From positions 4,817 through 68,816 of the forward strand of contig JAQWTV010000128.1 in the NCBI GenBank assembly GCA_029242545.1: DNA of 64,000 nt. The letters run 5' to 3'. A model generated the notes under the pieces. It was not told where the DNA came from and ran no database searches. It saw only the letters and a list, made by a program, of their open reading frames with translations. A program made the position numbers and the translations under genes. The DNA comes from Roseibacillus sp. GTDB taxonomy: Bacteria; Verrucomicrobiota; Verrucomicrobiia; Verrucomicrobiales; Akkermansiaceae. Below are positions 1 through 8,563 of the stretch, one piece after another. Position 1 is the first letter of the stretch. Each line of letters begins with the position of its first letter.

Positions 1-2
1 GG

Positions 3-3000
3 TTGGATGTTCCGGTCAGCGTGAAGATTCCGGTGCTGGGGGCCTACAGCAGGACCTGGCCCCTGAACTGTCCAAAGTCGGACAGGATCGTTCGGCAGGT
101 GGCAGATTACCTGTCTCGTCCAGATACCCAGAAGGGGCTGGCCGACATTGGTATGCTCTTTCTCCTTTCCACCGGGGATGACAGGGATCTGGAGGTCGTC
201 AGAGAATGGGCCCGGAAGGCCTCGGCTCACAGGTATCCCTGGTATGTCGGTTACGGAGGCATCGGGCTTGCGGAGTGCTACCTGAGAACGGGCGACCCTG
301 AGATTCTGGCCAATGTGCAGGAGTGGGTCGACAGTGCAGCAAGGACCCAGCACAATGATGCTTGGGCTGGCCGGGGTTCAGCGCTCACGGGCTACGGGCA
401 GGGGCACCTGAATGCAGCGGGAACACACGTGTTGTCCTTTCTGCTGCTCGCCAAGGAATGTGGGGCTAAGGTGCCGGACGAGACATTGCACGGGGCCCTC
501 CGCCATTTCTATCGCTATGCTGGCAGGGGAAACAACCCCTATGGAGATGACCGGCCCTATACCGGATTCGTTGACAACGGGAAGAATGGAAAACTGGCGA
601 TCGCCATGGCAGCAGCGGCGGCTCTCGCTTCCAGAGGAGAGCAATCGGTTTACGCCCAGGCTCGTGATGTCTGTGCCATCCAGAGCTTCTACACCACGAC
701 CTTCATGCTGCATGGACATACCGGAGGGGGCATCGGTGAAATCTGGCGCAGTGCCGCCATGGGTCTCCTGTATGATAAAAGGCCGCAGCACTACCGGGAA
801 TTCATGGATAATCGGAAGTGGCATTATGATCTGTCCCGCAGATTCGACGGCTCTTTTGGAATCCTGGGAGGAGGGGGTTACGACAAGGAACAGTGGGGCG
901 TAGCCTATCCCCTGGCCTATACCATGCCGAGGAAGACTCTCCGCATTACCGGAGCGCCTCCAACCAAGTTTTCCAAGCGCTATCAGCTCCCGGCGCGACC
1001 ATGGGGAACTGCGGCTGATGATGCTTTTGTCAGGCGGGGACCAGTGCGTGGGGAGAATGACAAGCAATACGATTTTTCCTCTGAGACTCTAGCCCGCGAC
1101 TCCAGTCTTCATTTTCTTCGTCGCTTTCATGGCTCCAATGAGCCGGATGACGAGGAGATTCGAAAATACATGCATCACCATGACTTCAATATCCGCAATA
1201 TTGCCGCACACAAGGCATTGGGGATTGCGAGTGGCTATCTTGGCCGACGCACGGGTAGCGGCAAGGTGAGGAAGGACCTGGTGATGGAGTTTTTGAAGCA
1301 CGGCGATCCGAGGGTACGGCGAGCGATATTTGGAGCCCTCCTATCCCGGACTGACGCAGTGACTCCGGAGATTTATGAGCTGACGATCCGGGCCGTGAGG
1401 AACCCGGAGGAGTCTTGGTTCATCAAGGACGCCGCTATTCAGCTTCTGGGACGAGGCTCAGTTGACCAGATCGTAGATCTGGTTGACCTCCTGCTGCCCT
1501 ATCTGAGGCATGAGGAAGCATGGTTGAGGAATGCGGCCCTGACGGCATTGACGCCTGTTGCAGCCGATGAGCGCTGCTTTGAGAAGGTGCTCCCCGCGAT
1601 GGGGGAACTGGTCAGGACCAACCAGAGGGTCTCGGTGACCCATGGGTTTGCCCCGGTCATTCGTGCCAAAATCAAGGCAGCCGGGCCTAAAGTGCAGGAA
1701 CTGGCGACCAAGACCTTGAAGGAAACGTTCACTGGGTTTGCGGGAAGGAAGGTAAGTCCAGCCGGCCAGAATCTGAAACCCACCTATGACTACCACCTTG
1801 AAGCCATTGCGGCTTCCCTCGCCGATGTTCCGGGGGGCATGGATGTGTTGTATGAGATCGCCAGGAAAAGGCACCCCGAGGAGATCCTTCCTTACAAGGA
1901 AATCTTTCTCTCTGCCGATGCCAGCACCTTTGGGCCGAAGCTCAGGAAAGCGATCATCCCTATAATCATGGATGAACTTATTCCGGAGTTTGTTGGGAGA
2001 AACAGGAAGAGATTGGTGCCCCTCGCTGGAGGTGAAGTGCAGTCTGCCTGGCCCGGGGGGCGGGGAGAACCTGTTGATGAACTTGTGGCTCTTTATGAGC
2101 GCGCCGGACACCGGGGCTACGGTTGGCGTATGTTTGCGGACCTCCGGAACGCACAGTGGGATTATCACTGCTTTGATCCGATGGCTGTCGAACAAGTGCC
2201 CTTCGACCAGTTGATTTCCCGTTACCGCGAAGTGACCCTGCCGAAGGGGATGGGGAATTATTACGCTGCTGGATTTGAACCAAAGACAGTCGGCTGGAGG
2301 AAAGGGAAAAGCCCCTTTGGTAGTGACAACGGAAAGCTACCTGAGCGACCGATTACCAAATGTGGGCCACATTGTCTCGGACCGGGGTGTTATGGAGCTA
2401 CCAAGGTAAACACCTTGTGGGAGAAGGAAGTGCTGCTGCTCCGGGGGACGTTTAAGGTTCCTCCCCTGAAAGATGGTCATCGTTATCGCTTACGTGTCAA
2501 TACCGGGGATCATGTCGGTTCAGGCGGCGGACACCTCATCTACCTCAACGGGAAGCCCCTGGTAGAATCCAAGCAGGGGGGAGGTCGTGGCTCAGGAGGG
2601 CGTCCCAAAGGCGCCTATATCACGAAAGAATTCCGGGAGGATTTCAAGAAAGGGGAGGTGACCATCGCGGTGAAGACCTTTATCCGCTACAATGCAAAGT
2701 ATAGCACGAAGCCGACCAGCAAGACTCCACAGGGAAAGTTCAGTCTCCACCTGGAAGAGCAGAAGCTTCCCCCGATGGGATCCGATCTCGTGACCACGTC
2801 AGCCAGAGTGGTTGCGATGCAGTCCTCGGATTGGCAGGCACAACTCAATCCGGAGGATGCATCACAGGATCCGGATAGCTTCCTCTTCCGATGGAATGGC
2901 ACCTTTGTTCCCCATCCGAAGGTGCATGGTGACTGGCAGCTTATCGCACAGGTCTCGGAAATCCCTGAGTTTGAGCCTTCCGGCAAACAAGCAGGGTTAC

Positions 3001-3227
3001 GTAGTCCACCGTTCACTACCATGTCTCTCAAGAACGAGGGAATGACCGGAGATCCAACCTGGGTCTGGTCCGGAGATACCTTGATGGACCTGAACCGCTA
3101 CCAAGCCCTGAAGATTGTTCCCAAGACACTAAGTAACCGGGACTACCTGTTCGTAGAAGCGGGAGGCTTCAGTAGCCGCCATAAACCCGAATGGAAGAGT
3201 CCATGGCTCGTTCTTGTTCGTCGTTAA
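3..3227 (+). CDS. Large hypothetical exported protein with its 5' end outside the window. It has HEAT/ARM-like repeats centrally and a ~200-aa beta-rich module shared with the esterase at 6192..8453.
   Basis: The 1074-codon frame is open at the window start. HEAT-like repeats are visible (HGDPRVRRAIFGALL, HEEAWLRNAALTAL). The segment LWEKEVLLLRGTFKVPPLKDGHRYRL...FSLHLEEQKLPP aligns with the C-terminus of the 6192..8453 product. No family name could be assigned with certainty. Confidence 0.6.
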   Translation: MDVPVSVKIPVLGAYSRTWPLNCPKSDRIVRQVADYLSRPDTQKGLADIGMLFLLSTGDDRDLEVVREWARKASAHRYPWYVGYGGIGLAECYLRTGDPEILANVQEWVDSAARTQHNDAWAGRGSALTGYGQGHLNAAGTHVLSFLLLAKECGAKVPDETLHGALRHFYRYAGRGNNPYGDDRPYTGFVDNGKNGKLAIAMAAAAALASRGEQSVYAQARDVCAIQSFYTTTFMLHGHTGGGIGEIWRSAAMGLLYDKRPQHYREFMDNRKWHYDLSRRFDGSFGILGGGGYDKEQWGVAYPLAYTMPRKTLRITGAPPTKFSKRYQLPARPWGTAADDAFVRRGPVRGENDKQYDFSSETLARDSSLHFLRRFHGSNEPDDEEIRKYMHHHDFNIRNIAAHKALGIASGYLGRRTGSGKVRKDLVMEFLKHGDPRVRRAIFGALLSRTDAVTPEIYELTIRAVRNPEESWFIKDAAIQLLGRGSVDQIVDLVDLLLPYLRHEEAWLRNAALTALTPVAADERCFEKVLPAMGELVRTNQRVSVTHGFAPVIRAKIKAAGPKVQELATKTLKETFTGFAGRKVSPAGQNLKPTYDYHLEAIAASLADVPGGMDVLYEIARKRHPEEILPYKEIFLSADASTFGPKLRKAIIPIIMDELIPEFVGRNRKRLVPLAGGEVQSAWPGGRGEPVDELVALYERAGHRGYGWRMFADLRNAQWDYHCFDPMAVEQVPFDQLISRYREVTLPKGMGNYYAAGFEPKTVGWRKGKSPFGSDNGKLPERPITKCGPHCLGPGCYGATKVNTLWEKEVLLLRGTFKVPPLKDGHRYRLRVNTGDHVGSGGGHLIYLNGKPLVESKQGGGRGSGGRPKGAYITKEFREDFKKGEVTIAVKTFIRYNAKYSTKPTSKTPQGKFSLHLEEQKLPPMGSDLVTTSARVVAMQSSDWQAQLNPEDASQDPDSFLFRWNGTFVPHPKVHGDWQLIAQVSEIPEFEPSGKQAGLRSPPFTTMSLKNEGMTGDPTWVWSGDTLMDLNRYQALKIVPKTLSNRDYLFVEAGGFSSRHKPEWKSPWLVLVRR

Positions 3228-3297
3228 GCAAAAAGAGTGACTCCGTTGTAAGAGTCGAAGAACCCTCACAGTAAGCCCCCTACATCTTCACACAGAC

Positions 3298-6153
3298 ATG
3301 AAAACCACGATGGTGCCGATTCTATTTCTCGCCTTGGCCTGTTCCTCGGTCGGAGCAAAGGAGATTCAACTCGCAGCACCCTTTGCCGACAACATGATCC
3401 TGCAGCGAGAGTGCGCAGTGCCTGTCTGGGGGTCCGATGCCCCGGGAAGCGAAGTGACCGTTGAGTTTGCGGGGCAGGTCAAGGCTGCCAAGGCTGATGA
3501 CAAAGGGGACTGGATGCTCAGGTTGGACCCCCTCGAAGCATCGCTCACCGAGCGAGTCTTCAGGGTGCGGAACAACCGAGGGCAATCTCATGATCTCGAG
3601 GGAGTGCTGGTCGGAGAAGTGTGGTTCTCGTCCGGTCAGTCGAACATGGTCTGGACTGCCGGGCAAAGCATGTGTCGCGATCTTGCCAGTGACCTCTCCC
3701 GGGCAGAGAAGGAGGTTCCAATCAGGGAGATTAATATCAATACGGTCTCTGCCCTCTATCCTCAGAAAAAAGCAACTTCTGAGCAGGGATGGAAAAAGGT
3801 GAAGGAGGCGGGAGGGTTTTCCGCTCTCTCGTTGTCTTTTGCCCACGAGCTCTATCGGGAGTTGCAGGTTCCCATTGGGATCCTTCTCAGTGCTCATAGC
3901 AACACGAGGATTGAGGCCTTTACCCAGCGACAGGCGATTGAATCTCACCCCGGTCTTAGTGATGATAAAAACCTTATTCACGATGCAGACCCTCTTACCG
4001 AACAAGGACGCAGGGCCTTTGAGCAGTATTACGCTGACCTGAAGGCATGGCAGGAGATCGCTGGAAACGCAGCGGAACGAGGAGGGAAGGTGCCTGGTCG
4101 GCCCAAGCTGCCGGGAATCGCGGGCATGTGGAGGGGGCCCTCACAGTTCTTCAATGGGAAGATCGCTCCGGTGATTCCTTATGCGATTCGGGGTGCCATC
4201 TGGTGTCAGGGTACGAGTAATAGCGGGGATGGCAGGGTTTATGCGTCGAGAATGGAAGCGCTCGTCAAGGGTTGGCGCGATGCCTGGGGAATGCCCGAAA
4301 TGCCGTTCTATTTCACTCAGATGCAATGTTACGGTTCTCCTGACCCCGAAAATGTTGGTTTTGCGGATATCAGGCAGGTTCAGCACCTGTTCTTCATGAA
4401 CAACCGGGAAAATGTAGGGATGGTTGTGCAATCTGACCTGAATTCGGCTAATCCCGGTGGGATTCACTATTTCAACAAGCTGCATCCAGGAATGCGCATG
4501 GCGCGCTGGGCACTCGCGAAGGATTACGGTAAGGATGTCGCCTTTACGGGACCGATCTACAGTGGATATGAAGTTCGGGGAGGCAAGGTGATGGTCACTT
4601 TCGAGCGCGGAAGCCTTTTCGGTGGCTTGATGGTGGGGAGTAAGGGGTCAGGCCGTGATTACCGTGAACCGGGCAAATACATCGAGCCCGCCAAGCCCAC
4701 CCCGGGAGCAAAGCTGAATCACTTCCGGCTTTGTGGCCAAGACAGGAAGTGGCACGGCGCGGAGGCGAAGATCGTCGGGAAAACCGTGGTGGTCACTTCA
4801 GCAAATGTGCCTGCCCCGATCGGGGTGCAATATGCCTACAGTGCCGTGCCCGAGAACTCCAATCTCTACAACCAGGCCGGCCTGCCGGCGACTCCCTTCG
4901 CCGCCATTGACGGCAAGTTCATTTTCGAGGAGGACGACCTGGAAAAAGCGGCTGCCCTCAAGGCGAAGTATGCCCGCTGGACCGACCCCGACTATCCCAT
5001 CCTGCAGGTGGCCGAGTATTACCGGGATGGAGTTATTCTTCAGCGCGATCACCCGATAAAAATCTGGGGGCATGTGAACAAAGGCGTCAAGGTAACCGTT
5101 ACCCTCGATGGGGTTGCACAAGCCGTCTCTCCCAACGACCTGGAGCAGTGGGTGGTGACTTTTCCTGCCAGGAAGGCCTCGACCGAACCAATCACCCTTG
5201 AGGTTGAGTCCAGTCATGGCTTCAACCGGACGGTCAGGGATATTCTCATCGGGGACGTTTGGTACCTGACAGGGAGCACGCTGCTGTCCACTGAGTGGCC
5301 TTACGACAGGCGTGCCAAGGAGGTCGAGTTGCCCAAGACAATGCCGCTGGTGAGGGAGTTTTGCAGGAAGACCAAGTCCAGCAGCTTCCCCACCCCTAGG
5401 AAGCGTCGTTTTGAGACTGGCAGTGGAAAATACCGGTCCCATTGGTTGGGCGCTGATTTCTCCAAGGAAGGCAGCGGGGTCACCATGTTTGCCTATGAGT
5501 TTGCCAGAGCCTTGAACCGACCGGGCATCCCGCAGGGGTTTATCACAATGTCATCGGGGCGAGGAGGGCGTAATCGACAGTTCGCCTCTCCGTTGTCCTG
5601 GACCTCGTTCCATGGTGTGAAGGATGTGAAAAACTCTTCTTTCAAGGACCGACTCGATGAGTTGTTCCTGCAGTTTCCAGGGACGAACATCGCAAAGAAG
5701 GCCGCCGACGGGCACGTCGCGGAGGTGCAAGCCTTCGTCAAGACCATCAGCGACGCCGGAAGCCCGAGCCCGAGCCTTCCCCTCCAGGCACCCGCGTTTC
5801 CGGAAGCAGGAAAGCGTGGCACGGTGGCCCCGGACACGATTCCAACCTATGCCTACAACTGGTGTGTGAGTCCGCTGACCCCGATGGGCGTCTCGGGAGT
5901 GATCTGGGTGCCATCGGAAGGCAATATCGGTGAGAACCCGGCCCATTATGCGGCTGAGCTGGAGGCCTACGCCAAGAGCCTCCCAGCCACCTATGGGCAG
6001 GAAAAGGTCCAGTTCCTGTATGCCCAGCCAGTGGGATCGCTGGTCGAGGGTATTACCGCCCCGAAGATCGCAGGTGCCAGGAGGGTTACCTTTGAGCAAT
6101 GGCCGAAAAGCCTGAAAAGCATCGCAGCCGGATTGGCAGGGATTGCGGAGTGA
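3298..6153 (+). CDS. Sialate O-acetylesterase-family (DUF303/SGNH) carbohydrate esterase, present as an internal tandem duplication
   Basis: Signal peptide MKTTMVPILFLALACSSVGA. N-half motifs are ILQRECAVPVWG, VWFSSGQSNMVW and IWCQGTSN. The C-half repeats the same pattern (ILQRDHPIKIWG, VWYLTGSTLLS, IWVPSEGN) but lacks the GQSN nucleophile block. Confidence 0.8.
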   Translation: MKTTMVPILFLALACSSVGAKEIQLAAPFADNMILQRECAVPVWGSDAPGSEVTVEFAGQVKAAKADDKGDWMLRLDPLEASLTERVFRVRNNRGQSHDLEGVLVGEVWFSSGQSNMVWTAGQSMCRDLASDLSRAEKEVPIREININTVSALYPQKKATSEQGWKKVKEAGGFSALSLSFAHELYRELQVPIGILLSAHSNTRIEAFTQRQAIESHPGLSDDKNLIHDADPLTEQGRRAFEQYYADLKAWQEIAGNAAERGGKVPGRPKLPGIAGMWRGPSQFFNGKIAPVIPYAIRGAIWCQGTSNSGDGRVYASRMEALVKGWRDAWGMPEMPFYFTQMQCYGSPDPENVGFADIRQVQHLFFMNNRENVGMVVQSDLNSANPGGIHYFNKLHPGMRMARWALAKDYGKDVAFTGPIYSGYEVRGGKVMVTFERGSLFGGLMVGSKGSGRDYREPGKYIEPAKPTPGAKLNHFRLCGQDRKWHGAEAKIVGKTVVVTSANVPAPIGVQYAYSAVPENSNLYNQAGLPATPFAAIDGKFIFEEDDLEKAAALKAKYARWTDPDYPILQVAEYYRDGVILQRDHPIKIWGHVNKGVKVTVTLDGVAQAVSPNDLEQWVVTFPARKASTEPITLEVESSHGFNRTVRDILIGDVWYLTGSTLLSTEWPYDRRAKEVELPKTMPLVREFCRKTKSSSFPTPRKRRFETGSGKYRSHWLGADFSKEGSGVTMFAYEFARALNRPGIPQGFITMSSGRGGRNRQFASPLSWTSFHGVKDVKNSSFKDRLDELFLQFPGTNIAKKAADGHVAEVQAFVKTISDAGSPSPSLPLQAPAFPEAGKRGTVAPDTIPTYAYNWCVSPLTPMGVSGVIWVPSEGNIGENPAHYAAELEAYAKSLPATYGQEKVQFLYAQPVGSLVEGITAPKIAGARRVTFEQWPKSLKSIAAGLAGIAE

Positions 6154-6191
6154 GGCTGATTACTTAAAACAAAAAACTGAACCCCTTCAAA

Positions 6192-8453
6192 ATGGTACGA
6201 TTAATTCTATTTTCACTGGCCACGACGCTTCTGTCCTTCCCAATCCATTCCGCTGAGGTTCCCTCTTCCTTGCCTGATCCGGACGGCAAGGCTGGCAATG
6301 CGAACAGGTCGGTAAAGGTCTACATTCTGGCCGGGCAGTCGAACATGGTCGGGATGGGCAACCTGAGTGGCGCCAGGAACGTCTACGATGGGGTTTATTT
6401 CAGCTCCAATCCCGATGTGCCTGATGGCCCGCTGCAGATTTATAAAGTTGGGAACTACAGGACTGCTCCCTTGGCCGTCTATCTTCCCGACGGCACGAAG
6501 ACAGACAAACCAATTGCAGAAGGAGGGCTGGAGGTGTCTCAACACGGGGTTTATCAACTGCACTGTGGATTTGGTGAGAATTCCTGCAACATCATGCAAC
6601 TCGATGGCAGGGAAGTTTACCGCTGCCAATCGGGGGGGCAACCGGTCAGGCAGGACGTCACGCTTGAAGCCGGGAAGCGTTACAGGTTCAAGATTTCCGG
6701 TTTCAAGGGCGCCCCGCCGAGGTTCTGGATGCAAAAGACGGATCTCCTGGGTAATGGAGACCTCGAGGCAGTGGTGAAGCGGGAGGGAAAGTTTCCCTGG
6801 TTGCTTGATGCAAAAGGCGAATGGACGGTGCGCAATGACGTTTACTTCCAGGAGGCACGTCTGGCGAAGGACGGCAAGGGTTCACCCCTGAGTGCCACCT
6901 CCAACGGCAAGTCGATCGGCCCGGAACTCGGTTTCGGTCACGTGCTGGGAACGTTTCACGATGAGCAGGTCCTGCTGATCAAGACCGCCCAGGGTAATCG
7001 TTCCCTGGGGTTTGATTTCCGTCCGCCATCAAGCGGTCGAACCGATCCCGGCAACGAGTTTGAATCCGCCGAATACAAACTGATGATCGAAGGTGTGCGC
7101 AAGACTTTGGACAATATCGCCAAGGTCGTCCCCGGATACAAGGGGCAGGGTTACGAGCTTGCCGGGTTTGTCTGGTTCCAGGGGCACAAGGACAGCTTTA
7201 CCGAAGCGTTGATTACTGAATACGAGAAGCACCTCGCCAGCCTGATCAACGATATCCGCAAGGAGTTCAAGAAGCCGAAGCTGCCCGCGGTGGTCGCCAC
7301 GATTGGATTTGGTGGACACCGTATGCAGGAGAAGTTCCTGAAAATTCACCAGGCCCAGATGGCGGTTGGTGATGCCCAGAAACACCCGGAGTATGCCGGC
7401 AATGTCGCTTCAGTCGACACCCGCGATTTCTGGCGTGAGGTGGACGAGTCGCCAAAGGGTGAGGACTATCATTACAACCGCAATGCCGAGACCTACCTGC
7501 TGATCGGGGACGCACTGGGCCGTGCGATGGTCAAGCTTCTCGGCGGCAGAGTCGAACCGTTGCCGCTGACTCCCCGGCCTAAGCGCGTCATTGCAGAGCA
7601 GAGCGTTGAGCCGTCGGAAGAGGAGAAATCCGCTGCCCAAAAAGCGCTGAAGCCCATTATCCTCGATGGGATCGCGGCTTCCTACATTGCCAACCCGCGC
7701 TACAACAAGGCCCTGCTCCAGGAGGCTTCTGGCGAACGGCCACAGCGGGCAAACCAGTTCCTGCGTGGCGCGATGTACGGACTCGGAAACTGCTATCAGG
7801 CTGCCGGAATCAACGACCACGATTGGCATTCCTTCGGTCCCAACCTTGATGCCGTGCAGTGGAGTTACTACAGCTTTGCCCCGAAGGAGAGCCAACCCAA
7901 GGAGAAAGGCAGCCGCTACCGCAAGGTGACCTATCCCGCAGGCATGGAGATGTGGAGCATGCCCGCTTTCGATACGGGGAAAGCCGGCTGGAAGCATGGC
8001 CTGCAACCATTCGGGCAACTGGATGGCAAGCTGGCACCGCTGACAGAAACATGTACGGCGTCATTTTGCCGGTGCGGTGAGAAACCCAGGACCCTATGGG
8101 AAAAGGAAGTCCTGCTGGTTCGTGGTACGGTGGAGCTTCCGCCAGTGAAGAAGGGGCATCGTTACCGCATCGTGGTGGGGGGGGCGGCCCACGTGAATTC
8201 CGGGGAAGGTTATGCGATCTATGCCAACGGCAAGTTGCTTGCCGAGTCAAAAACCGGGGTTGCGGTCAGGCAGGGGGGGCAACCTCGTGGGGCCCATGTC
8301 TACAGCGATTTTCTCGATGAATTCAAAGGCGGTCAGGTCACTCTCGCGGTGTCCAGTTTCCTGCGCTATAATCATCCACGTCGCGGTCTTCAGCCGCCCC
8401 GGGGTCATATCTCCCTGCAAATCGAGGAGCAAAAACTGCCTCCACTGAAATAG
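6192..8453 (+). CDS. DUF303/SGNH-type carbohydrate esterase with a PA14-like insertion and a C-terminal beta-rich module
   Basis: Signal peptide followed by YILAGQSNMVGMG. The core is paralogous to 12536..13729 (LLIKTAQGNRSLGFDFRPPSSG, AGFVWFQGHKDS). An extra ~140 aa follows block I (GVYQLHCGF...LEAGKRYRFKISGF). The C-terminal ~200 aa are shared with ORF 3..3227. Confidence 0.75.
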   Translation: MVRLILFSLATTLLSFPIHSAEVPSSLPDPDGKAGNANRSVKVYILAGQSNMVGMGNLSGARNVYDGVYFSSNPDVPDGPLQIYKVGNYRTAPLAVYLPDGTKTDKPIAEGGLEVSQHGVYQLHCGFGENSCNIMQLDGREVYRCQSGGQPVRQDVTLEAGKRYRFKISGFKGAPPRFWMQKTDLLGNGDLEAVVKREGKFPWLLDAKGEWTVRNDVYFQEARLAKDGKGSPLSATSNGKSIGPELGFGHVLGTFHDEQVLLIKTAQGNRSLGFDFRPPSSGRTDPGNEFESAEYKLMIEGVRKTLDNIAKVVPGYKGQGYELAGFVWFQGHKDSFTEALITEYEKHLASLINDIRKEFKKPKLPAVVATIGFGGHRMQEKFLKIHQAQMAVGDAQKHPEYAGNVASVDTRDFWREVDESPKGEDYHYNRNAETYLLIGDALGRAMVKLLGGRVEPLPLTPRPKRVIAEQSVEPSEEEKSAAQKALKPIILDGIAASYIANPRYNKALLQEASGERPQRANQFLRGAMYGLGNCYQAAGINDHDWHSFGPNLDAVQWSYYSFAPKESQPKEKGSRYRKVTYPAGMEMWSMPAFDTGKAGWKHGLQPFGQLDGKLAPLTETCTASFCRCGEKPRTLWEKEVLLVRGTVELPPVKKGHRYRIVVGGAAHVNSGEGYAIYANGKLLAESKTGVAVRQGGQPRGAHVYSDFLDEFKGGQVTLAVSSFLRYNHPRRGLQPPRGHISLQIEEQKLPPLK

Positions 8454-8563
8454 GCAGATCTTCTGCAATGGCCCTTTGACCATATCGCAAAGGCCTGAAA
8501 ACATGCGGATGGCAGGTGCAATGAGATCGTTATTATAGCGTGTTCCTATATCCTGTTCCGGAG

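Noticed and set aside
378-2195. Long antisense ORFs (378..1067, 1458..2195). Similar ones occur at 3322..4005, 4798..5442, 7410..8018, 12761..13384, 16244..16846, 21759..22277 and 49597..50085.
   Set aside because: All lie opposite strongly supported genes and have Arg/Pro/Gly-rich compositions typical of stop-poor antisense frames in moderately GC-rich DNA. None shows a recognisable motif.
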